A DNA stretch of 40,390 bases from Folioceros fuciformis. Its lineage: Eukaryota. The position numbers were made by a program, and so were the translations under genes. The DNA lies in NCBI GenBank assembly GCA_049999805.1, contig JBNGIO010005880.1, forward strand, positions 1 to 40,390, in the 5' to 3' direction. Positions within the stretch are counted from its first letter, which is position 1; each line of letters opens with the position of its first letter. The notes beneath the pieces were generated by a model that was not told the origin of the DNA, did no database searches, and saw only the letters and a program-made list of their open reading frames with translations. Positions 10,389-19,403 of this stretch are shown here, piece after piece.

Positions 10389-13300
10389 ATGGCTACGGTA
10401 TGGCAGTGGGATCCGGTATGGAGGGAACAAAGTGGTGGGTGTACGAGGATTCTACGACGAGCTCCCGCTCACTGCACTTCGAGGATTCAATTGCTGGGAA
10501 ACAATCGAGCCTGCAGGTGCAACAGTGTAAGGAGCATTGCATCTCCACTTCCGACAGAAAGTGTGGGTGGGGAAGGACTTTACAGCGGTGGTGGTCGCCA
10601 GGAGCAGGAGCGTTTGTGGAAACAACTTTTTCTGGAGCCTACCATGTGGTGGGACAACAGACGAGACAGGAAGAGCTCCCGTTCGCCTGACTTCCGGCGT
10701 AAGGGTTCTGGGGAGGTCCTCTGGTTAAACAGCACTTACAAGCCTGCTTGGGTGGATGAGCAGCTTGTGTCTTTGGATATGCAGATGGGTCATGGTGCTT
10801 CTCCTTCCAAATCCAACTCCACGAATAACGGGCCTGAGTCTGGAAGGCGTTCGGGATCGGAAATGGGTGTCGTAACGCCTGGAACCGTAAGCATGTTATG
10901 TCAGCAGGGGAAGCTCACTGAGGCCGTTGGAGCCCTGGAATCCCTGGCTCAGACAGACTATGTTATTTCCCAGTCTCTGTTGTACACTGTGCTGAAGTTG
11001 TGTGCAGCCAATAAGGATCTGGTTGTGGGACGACGAGTTCATGACATCACTGTCAAACTTGGGTACGAGTCGGATGCGTACTTGGGGAACCATATTTTGC
11101 GCATGTATGCATCTGGAGGTAGGTTACAGGAGGCGATGGATGTGTTCACCAGGGTGGGGAAACCAAATGCCTACGTGTGGGGTTCCATAATTTCCGCACA
11201 TGCTAAACATGGTAAGCCCACCAAGGCCATACAATTATACCATGAGATGCGTAGGTCGGGTGTGAAGGCGGATGCTCACGTCTTTGTAGCTGCCCTGCAA
11301 GCTTGTGCATTTTCCGCTGACTTGGAATCTGGCAGAAAAGTGCACGATGATGTTTTGCACAGTGACGTTCCTCCTAACTTGTTTGTTGGTACCTGCTTGG
11401 TGGACATGTATGCAAAATGTGGCCAACTGGAAGATGCACGCCTGGCATTTGACAGCTTGCCCAAAAAAAATGTAGTGGCTTGGACGGCCCTCATCGCTGG
11501 ATATACACAGCAAGGGCTCGGTCAAGAGGCACTTGTTCTGTATGAACAAATGGAGCAGGAAGGCCTGTTTGTGGCTAACGATGTTACTTTTGCTTGCCTT
11601 CTCAAGGCTTGTGCAAGCACCGGTGCCATAAAGAAGGGTAGGCAGCTACACTCACGGATTGTTGAAAGTCGACAGCTGGATAACATAGTGTTGGGCAACT
11701 GCCTGGTGGACATGTATGCAAAATGTGGCGAACTGAAAGATGCACTCCAGGTTTTCGAAAGCTTGGCGAGAAAGGATGTGGTGACTTGGACAGCGCTGAT
11801 TGCTGGGTATGCACAGCAAGGGCTCGGGCAAGAGGCGCTTGTCGTGTATGGAAAAATGGAGCAAGAGGGCCTGAGTGTGGCTGACCATGTTACTTTTGCT
11901 TGCCTTCTGAAGGCTTGTGCTAGCACTGGTGCCTTACAGATGGGCAAGCAGTTGCATTCACAGATTGTGGAACGAGGACAGCTGGATAACCTTCTGGTGG
12001 GCAACGGCCTGGTTGACATGTATGCAAAATGTGGGGAACTGGAATGTGCACGCCAGGTATTTGAAAGCTTGACCAACAAGGATGTGGTAACATGGACGGC
12101 GCTGATCGCCGGGAATGCACAGCAAGGGCGCAGTCGGGAGGCGCTTGTTCTGTACGGACAAATGAAGGAGGAGGGCTTTATTGTTCCGAACCATATAACA
12201 TTTGCTTGCCTTCTGAAGGCCTGTGCAAGCGCTGACGCCTTACCGATGGGCAGGCAGCTGCACTCACAGATTGTGGAGCGAGGACAGTTAGACAACTTGC
12301 AGGTGGGGAACTGCCTGGTGGACATGTATGCGAAATGTGGGGAACTAGAATGTGCGCGCCAGGTTTTTGAAAGCCTGGCCTCAAAGGATGTGGTGACATG
12401 GACGGCCTTGATTGCTGGGTATGCTCAGCAGGGGCTGGGCGAAGAGGCACTTGTCCTGTATGGGCAGATGGGGCAGGAGGGCTTGATTCTGGCCAACGAT
12501 GTTACTTTTGCTTGCCTTCTGAAGGCCTGTGCAAGCACTGGTGCCTTGCAGAATGGCAGGCAACTGCACTCACTGATTGTTGAAAGAGGACAGCTGGACA
12601 ACACAGTGTTGGGTACCTGCCTGGTGGACATGTACGTAAAGTGCGGTGAAATGGAGGATGCACGCCAGGTTTTTGACGGGTTGGCCTCCAAGGACGTGGT
12701 GACTTGGAATGCGCTGATTGCTGGCTACGCAAATCATGGCCTTGGTCAAGAGGCGCTGGCGGTGTACGCACAAATGGAGCAGGAGGGCCTGACTTTGGCT
12801 GACCATGTTACGTTTGCTTGCCTCCTGAATGCCTGTGCTAGCGCTGGTGCCTTACAAATGGGCAGGCATCTGCACTTGCAGATTGTCGAAAGGGGCCAGC
12901 TAGATAACGTACTGGTGGGCAACTGCTTGGTGGACATGTATTCAAAATGTGGCGCACTGGAAGATGCACGCCAGGTTTTCAACAGCCTGTCCACGAAGGA
13001 TGTGGTGACATGGAATGCCCTCATAGCCGGGTGTGGTAGCTGTGATGAAGGTCACAACGCACTCACTTGTTTCGAGGGGATGTTGGCCGCCGGCATTCAG
13101 CCCACTGAGGTTACCTTCACCTGCCTTTTAGTAGCATGCAGTCACGGGGGACTGGTGCAAGAGGGTCGCAAGCACTTCAATTCCATGGCTGAAACGTATG
13201 GCATCAAACCTACTCTAGAGCACTACGTCTGCATGATTGATCTGCTTGGACGTGCAGGCCATCTAGAGGAGGCAGAGAACATGCTATTGTCATCCGAGAG

Positions 13301-13916
13301 CCAAACTAATGTTGTGGGGTTGACGTCTTTGCTGACTGCCTGCAAAAGTTACGGTGACGTCGAGAGGGCGTCGCGGTGTTTTGCAATCCTTGTCAGGCTG
13401 GACCCCCAGAGGGCGTCCCCTTACGTGCTCATGGCCAATGCCTACGCCGACGCGGGTATGTGGACCGATGTGGACAGGATTGAGAAACAGAGAACGGCAG
13501 CAGGAGCTAACAAGAAGCCTGCTGTAGCGGGCATCGAAGTGAAGAAGCAGGTACATACTTTCGTGGTGGGAGACAACAGAGAAGATCTGGCTGTCAAGGT
13601 AGAGAGCACCAGTGCTCGTGTGAGGCAGGAAGGCGGGCACGTACCACAGACAAAGCTGGTGTTGAAGTCCATGTCGGAGAAGGGAAAGGAAGATGCGCTT
13701 TGCGGCCATGCGGAGAAGCTAGCTCTTGCGTTTGGTCTGTTGAACACACCCAGTGGCGCACCCCTCCTGGTAACCAAAAATCTGCGCATGTGCAGTGACT
13801 GCCACAGTTCCACGGCCATCATGTCAAGGATCGAAAGGAGAGACATAGTCGTAAGGGACGGGTACCGCGTGCATCGATTCACAGGCGGCCATTGCAGCTG
13901 TAGTGGTCGACCGTGA
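10389..13916 (+). CDS. PLS-class PPR protein with DYW:KP (GRP-type) domain, candidate organellar U-to-C RNA editing factor; N-terminal OSB-PDF-like motif
   Basis: Intronless 1175-aa ORF: transit-like N-terminus, WWDNR..PDF..LWL..PAWV motif, L-(S-P-L)x6-S-P2-L2-S2, E1, E2, KKPAVAGIEV, CGHAEKLA, RMCSDCH, HRFTGGHCSCSGRP. Confidence 0.95.
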   Translation: MATVWQWDPVWREQSGGCTRILRRAPAHCTSRIQLLGNNRACRCNSVRSIASPLPTESVGGEGLYSGGGRQEQERLWKQLFLEPTMWWDNRRDRKSSRSPDFRRKGSGEVLWLNSTYKPAWVDEQLVSLDMQMGHGASPSKSNSTNNGPESGRRSGSEMGVVTPGTVSMLCQQGKLTEAVGALESLAQTDYVISQSLLYTVLKLCAANKDLVVGRRVHDITVKLGYESDAYLGNHILRMYASGGRLQEAMDVFTRVGKPNAYVWGSIISAHAKHGKPTKAIQLYHEMRRSGVKADAHVFVAALQACAFSADLESGRKVHDDVLHSDVPPNLFVGTCLVDMYAKCGQLEDARLAFDSLPKKNVVAWTALIAGYTQQGLGQEALVLYEQMEQEGLFVANDVTFACLLKACASTGAIKKGRQLHSRIVESRQLDNIVLGNCLVDMYAKCGELKDALQVFESLARKDVVTWTALIAGYAQQGLGQEALVVYGKMEQEGLSVADHVTFACLLKACASTGALQMGKQLHSQIVERGQLDNLLVGNGLVDMYAKCGELECARQVFESLTNKDVVTWTALIAGNAQQGRSREALVLYGQMKEEGFIVPNHITFACLLKACASADALPMGRQLHSQIVERGQLDNLQVGNCLVDMYAKCGELECARQVFESLASKDVVTWTALIAGYAQQGLGEEALVLYGQMGQEGLILANDVTFACLLKACASTGALQNGRQLHSLIVERGQLDNTVLGTCLVDMYVKCGEMEDARQVFDGLASKDVVTWNALIAGYANHGLGQEALAVYAQMEQEGLTLADHVTFACLLNACASAGALQMGRHLHLQIVERGQLDNVLVGNCLVDMYSKCGALEDARQVFNSLSTKDVVTWNALIAGCGSCDEGHNALTCFEGMLAAGIQPTEVTFTCLLVACSHGGLVQEGRKHFNSMAETYGIKPTLEHYVCMIDLLGRAGHLEEAENMLLSSESQTNVVGLTSLLTACKSYGDVERASRCFAILVRLDPQRASPYVLMANAYADAGMWTDVDRIEKQRTAAGANKKPAVAGIEVKKQVHTFVVGDNREDLAVKVESTSARVRQEGGHVPQTKLVLKSMSEKGKEDALCGHAEKLALAFGLLNTPSGAPLLVTKNLRMCSDCHSSTAIMSRIERRDIVVRDGYRVHRFTGGHCSCSGRP
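11380..13030 (+). repeat. 306-bp (102-aa S-P-L triplet) coding tandem repeat, ~5.5 units
   Basis: The GACATGTA..AAA.TG.GG anchor recurs near 11403, 11709, 12015, 12321, 12627 and 12933. Confidence 0.9.
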
Positions 13917-14039
13917 GAGTGGTAAACAACCAGCCAAAGCTCGTTGCAGTGTTTTTTTGTCTGTGATCTATGTCTACCCCTGGCATTCTGGAAACAGCGA
14001 GCATTCTCAAAAATTCTTTTTCAGTGTGGCTTTTTCCCA

Positions 14040-14335
14040 CGGAGTCTCAGTAACTTCCTGAGTCTTCTCGTCGTGCATTTGTTGTTTGTATCATTTGTTT
14101 CTCAAAGTCTCTTCCTCGTTTCTCGATGTCTGCCTGTTAGATGGTCTATCACTTCTCTCTGTCCCTTCCTCGTTTCTCAATGTCTCCATCTTGTTTCTCA
14201 ATGGTAGATGGGTGTATCATTTCTCTCTGTCCCTTCCTTTTTTCTTTGCAATGTTAGATGTGCGTATCGTTTCTTCTTTTCCTGATAGCTTGCCTATTGT
14301 TTCTCAATGTTTCTTCGTGATAGACTGTCTATCAT
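14040..14335. repeat. Degenerate CT-rich low-complexity repeat
   Basis: Recurrent GTTTCTCAATG, TTCTCTCTGTCCCTTCCT and TAGATG(G/T) words between the PPR stop codon and the PPR fragment. Confidence 0.55.
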
Positions 14336-14336
14336 T

Positions 14337-14945
14337 TCAACTGGAGGATGCACGGCACGTCAGGTGTTGGAAAGCTTGGCTTCAAACGATGTGGTGACAT
14401 GGACGGCTCTGGGCAAGGGACCAGGGCTGGGGAAGGCGGCTCTTTGTTGTTTTCGGACAAATGGAGCAGGAGGGTCTGATTCTGACTGACCATGCTACTT
14501 TTGCTTGCCTTCTTGAGGCGTGTGCCTTGCAGATGAGCAGGCATCGGCACTCACGGATTATCGGAAGAGGCCAGCTGGATAACGTACTGTTAGGCAACTG
14601 CCCGGCGGACTTGTACTCAAAATGTGGTGCGTTGGAAGATGCACTCCGGGTTTCTGGCTGCTGGTCTGTGAAGGATGTGGTGACATGGAATTCCCTGATA
14701 GCTGGGTGTGGTGCCTGTGACAAAGGCCACAGAGCACTATCTTGTTTTGAGGAGATGGTATCTCTGGTGTTCAGCCTGGTGATGTTACGTTTACTTGCCT
14801 TTTGGTAGCATGCAGTCATGAGAGACTGGTGAACCCCCCGGGGGTCGCAAGCACTTCAATTCTATGGCTGAAGAACCGAAGCAACGATGTGTGACGTCTT
14901 TGCTGCTGGTTGCCTGCAGAAGTCCCGTGGATATGGAGGGGACAA
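14337..14945 (+). pseudogene. Decayed partial duplicate of the 3' PPR array (S-P-L-S-P2-L2...E1) of the adjacent GRP-type gene
   Basis: QLEDAR../ARQVLESLASNDVVTWTAL/MEQEGLILTDHATFACLL...DVVTWNSLIAGCGACDKGH in shifting frames. Contains a GCACG duplication, several deletions and an E1 remnant (TGACGTCTTTGCTG..GCCTGC); no start codon and no DYW. Confidence 0.88.
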
Positions 14946-15230
14946 GCAACCCGTGTTCAGAGCAGGGCACTTGGATTGTCAGTCATATTTATTTATTTCC
15001 AATGTAGATATCGTGTATCGCAGTAATAAATTATGCATTTGAACGAGGAAGGCAGAAGGCTATGCACTTTTCCAGACCCGCAAGGCGAGAAACAAAAAAG
15101 ATAAAAAGCACAACATGCGCGATGAACCCGGTTCTCCATTTCTAGTAGGATGGGGGCTATTTTGTGGGAGGAGAGATTGGTTTCCCTAACACTGTAGCGC
15201 ACCGTTCTGGTTTGAGCCTGGAGCGTGGCC

Positions 15231-16185
15231 ATGGCTGCCGTTTACGGCAGCAGCACTGTGCCTGCAAGCGTGAGAGCGTCGGACAGCAGCTTCCTGTGCG
15301 GTGAGCGCCTAGCCAGCGTCCCCTGCAACGCGTCATGGAAGCCCTGTGCGGCGGGGGCTGCATTGCTGCCCGTGGTGTGCAAAGAATCGCGAATCGGGAA
15401 GCGCCCGATCGAGGTTCCCAAGACTGTGTCGGTCACCTTGGACGGCCAGATGCTGGCGGTGAGCGGGCCGCTCGGTCAGCTCTCCATCACCTACCCTCGG
15501 GAGGTGAAGGTGGAGAAGGATGAAGCTAATTTCCTCAACGTGGCTCGCGCGCTGGACACCAGGAGGGCCAGGCAGATGCACGGTTTGTTCCGGTACGCGT
15601 TTTCTTCCACCGCTTCCTGCCTGTTTCCCGGGATTGTGATGGGGATGGGGATGGAATGTGTGTTGTTTTCCGAGGTACTGATTTGCTCTGGCCTGTCCGG
15701 ATTCAGGTTGCTGTGAGAGTGGCGTGGAATGTGTGTGTTTTTTCTGAGTTGTCCCCTGGCCCGATCGGATTCAGGTTGTGACGAGAATGGTATGGAATGT
15801 GTGTGTTTTTTCCGAGTTACCGACTTGCCCTGGTCCGGCCTGGTTCAGGACGCTGACGGACAACATGGTCATCGGCGTGTCCAAGGGCTTCGAGAAGAAG
15901 CTGCAGCTCATCGGCGTAGGTTACCGAGCTGCGGTGGAGAAGACCGAGCTCGCTATGAACCTCGGATTCTCGCACCAAGTCCGGCTCACCATTCCAGAAG
16001 GGATTACCGTGAAGGTGGAGGATAACACCAGGATATCCATCTCCGGGCGGGATAAATGCGCCGTCGGGGATTTCTCTGCTGCCATCCGGAAGTGGAGGCC
16101 GCCGGAGCCGTATAAGGGCAAGGGGATCAAGTATTCGGATGAGGTCATTAGGCGGAAGGAGGGTAAGGTTGGCAAGAAGAAGTAA
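15231..16185 (+). CDS. RPL6: Plastid 50S ribosomal protein L6 precursor (2 exons: 15231-15592, 15849-16185)
   Basis: Transit peptide, then [10 protein letters not shown]...GPLGQL...[36 protein letters not shown]...[13 protein letters not shown]. The phase-2 GT-AG intron restores the frame. Confidence 0.96.
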
Positions 16186-16467
16186 CCTTAGTATAAGGAA
16201 AGAATGGGCTTTTCAAGTTTTTGTCCTTTTCAGTTAGCCATTATAGATGTGGCTATGGCTATTGCCGTTGCTGCTGCCTCTTCTTCTGCTGGTTTGGGTA
16301 CGTTAGTACTGGTCGTCGGCACAAAGGAATGCCGATATCTGAGATATCCTGAATGATTATGTAAAGGTGTCAGAAACAAGGCCTGCTCAGCTCTGCCGAA
16401 CAAGCTACTGAGCAGATTTGTAAAATGTGAAAGAAAGCTCATAGTTACGGCACTGATTCGTACTTCT

Positions 16468-17915
16468 TCACTTCTCTTGGGCGATGGGGTAGACCAAAAT
16501 GCGAGGAAGCAGCACGGACCCGATCCATAGCTGGCCATCCTTCTCCTCTACTTCGCTTACCAACTTGGTAGTGGCGCCTATACTATCCTCCAGCACCTCC
16601 AGCACGTTCCCGTCCTCGTCGAACTTCATGATCATGGCGTGTGGCCTTCCCATCATTGTCAAGTAGAAGTACTTGATCGGGATGGGGAGCTTGAGAATGA
16701 AGGCCCGCAGTTGCGGGTAGTCGGCCAAGAAGAGCACAAGCTTTCTCAGCCTGGCGTGGATTGCTACCCAGAAATGGCCCTCCTTGTTCCGGCGGACGTT
16801 GTCAGGGAAGCCGGGCAGGTTTGCGAAGACTTCGGCTGTAGCAGCTTTGGGACCCTTCAGCCAGTACTTCCATAGCCTGCCCACATTCGATCTCAGCAGA
16901 AGAACAAGCAGAATTGAAGCGTTGCGGAGGAGCAGGAGAGATGGGTTGACCTTGCGGTTGAGGATTCAGCCATGATGAGGAAAGAAGCATCCCTGCTGAC
17001 TGCAAGTCCGTTGGCGAACTGAAGGCCCTGGAGCAGAACCTTCGTCTCTTTTGTGGCGGGATCGTAAGACAGCAGGCGCCCGGTGTTGTCTCCGCTTAAG
17101 ATGGACACGGAAAACTGCCTGCAATGTGAAGGAATGGAGCTGAGGCCTTGCTGAAGTAAAAAGCTTGCTCGGGGTCATAGGGGGTGAAGGAGTGCATCAT
17201 GGCCTCACCTTCTCTGATACTTGGAGCTGCTGACTGTGAAGTAAAACTTCCCATCGTCACCAAAATCCACGTCGTTGGTGAGCGCGAAAGGCACACCCTC
17301 GGCCTCCGTGACAAGAGGTGTGGCCAAGCCACCCTCAGGGCCAACAGACAGCAGGCCGTTGTAAGCATCTGCGATGACGAGCTCTCCGGTTTGAGGATGG
17401 AACCTCAGGCCTAGAGGTCGCCCGCAGATGTGCTCTGCCGCCAAGTTGAGAGCTGGCGGCTGCTTGGGTGCACATTCACTAGTTCTGAAGTCGAGAAACA
17501 AACAAGCAACAGCTCAGAACAACTCCGCTCAAACCAGCTCTCACGGTGCAGCACATCTCACGCACCGATTTGGAGATGTGAGGGCGAATTCCGTCCACCC
17601 TATCTCCGGGCCATCCCATCTCACCACCCGACCATCAGCGATCCCAGTGTAGGGCCCTCTCCCGGCGGAATCGAACGCCAGGCTCTCAGGCCCGATAACC
17701 TCATTTTGGGACCAGACTTCCGCATCCTTCAACTTTTGGTGTTCGTCTACGATGTTATGGATCCTGTCCCCTGCTGGCGGGAGTTCCATAGGCAGGGCCT
17801 TAAAATCTGGGATTCCTGCAATGGGACTGAGCTGAAGAGGGTCCAGTCCTACAAACAACGCCACAACAGCGGCGATCAACGCTCCGGACCTGCACACCCA
17901 TCTCCCTGCCCCCAT
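16468..17915 (-). CDS. Strictosidine synthase-like (SSL/APMAP-like beta-propeller) protein; exons 17915-17566, 17484-17209, 17118-16951, 16876-16468
   Basis: N-terminal hydrophobic anchor; GPESLAFD..GRGPYTG.ADGRV; CGRPLGLRF; IADAY.GL; TNDVD; TGRLLSYDP; LQFANG; LPGFPDNVR. Three phase-2 GT-AG introns join in frame. Confidence 0.93.
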
Positions 17916-18143
17916 TTAGTATCGGCTGCCCGTTTCAGGCTGGGCACTGTCACTTCACAGTAGCAGCGAAGCTTCCGAGGCTTGCAGCAATGCAGCCGTC
18001 TTGCCCAAATCTCACGTGGCCAGGCCCGCACTCATTCGCCGTGCCGGATTGCTCTACCAGCACCCTCGTATGGACACCACCGGCCACAGCGCCGATGTGG
18101 TATTCCAGGTGTGCTAAGGAGAGTACGCGCGAAACGGCTGTCC

Positions 18144-18243
18144 NNNNNNNNNNNNNNNNNNNNNNNNNNNNNNNNNNNNNNNNNNNNNNNNNNNNNNNNN
18201 NNNNNNNNNNNNNNNNNNNNNNNNNNNNNNNNNNNNNNNNNNN
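18144..18243. other. Assembly gap (100 N)
   Basis: Run of N; true length unknown. Confidence 0.99.
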
Positions 18244-19403
18244 AAGTACTACACACCACTCACCCCATCTTGCTTTTCACAAACAAGCGTTGTTGTCTTG
18301 CAGAGGGCAGGTCGTTCAAGAGCGTACCCAAGCCCTATGTTCGTCCGAAGGCAGGTCTCTGTGTGCGGTGACTTCCGCGCAAGCAGCAGTAACTCACGCC
18401 CCCGCAGCGGGTCACGCAGGAAGGTCCGCCTGCAAGCCGTTCCGCCGGGTTTAAGAGAGGCCTGACCTTCCAAGCCCCGTGGAACGTGGCCACCTAGGCC
18501 AGAAATGCGCGCCCTGCTATTGAGCTTGCAAAGCGGGCCGCGCAAGGGGCAGTCTACCCGCGGCGCGCTCAATCTGCGGTGACGCAGCTTCGCGATACTG
18601 TGTCTCACATTCTCTGGTTGAAGTCGAGGTTCAGCTCACGAGATTTCGTGGTACCAGCTTCTTCATCACTTTGCTTCACAAAGCGATGCACCGGCCACCA
18701 GCTACTTTAAATTCGTTGCGTATGTACTTGCACGACGGAAATATCGTTCACGACCTGCCTGTCACTCTTCGTGAAGTTAGGTGAGGGTTGGCAGGGAAGG
18801 CCGAGGAGAACTTCGTGGGGAAAGAACTGAGTCGGTGAAAGGAGGGTGAGGGGTAACATACGCGCCTGACAGGGAAGAGGAGGATTTGAGCCTCCGCGAC
18901 GAACACAGGTGAGTGGAGAAGGCGAGGAACGGCAGGATCTTTGCAGTGGTGAGAAGAAGTAGCCGTGAGAAGCAGAAAGCAGAGGTGAGGAGGAAGCACC
19001 CCTGTTGGATGGTGGAGTGGTTGGACTTCAGTCCTTCCTCCTGGGCTCCAGTCGACTCGCTGGTCTTCTTCTCTGAGGTCTCCATTAATACAGATCTGTG
19101 ACATAAACCCATATGCTCCGGCATTTGTGGGTTGCAGATGCACCAGTTGCGAAATCAACATTTCCTCTTCAACATCCGCAGTGAGCTATACCCAAGACCT
19201 GATCTCGAGGTAGATGCGGATCAGTGTCAACGTATAGGACCATGTTTCTGTGTCCGACATCTGAACTGTACGGGAGACCAATGGAAGCATCTTGTCCCTG
19301 TTGTTTGGCGCTTGAGGACTCCTTCCTTGGACCTTTAACATCACTAGAAAAAGGGGCCTGTGACGAGCCCAAATGGGACAAAATCATACCCTTGTTTCAC
19401 TAT

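Noticed and set aside
11235-13882. Long antisense ORFs over the PPR genes (also 20568-21242, 23058-24870, and 26591-27400 over the kinase)
   Set aside because: Shadow frames of repetitive or GC-rich coding sequence with no independent protein motifs.
16468-17915. True strictosidine synthase or an alkaloid gene cluster
   Set aside because: SSL proteins are widespread and mostly lack that activity, and no other pathway genes are nearby.
18244-19040. GC-rich stretch with donor-like sites, considered as an ncRNA or a small gene
   Set aside because: No recognisable RNA family motif or coherent reading frame, and it abuts a gap.
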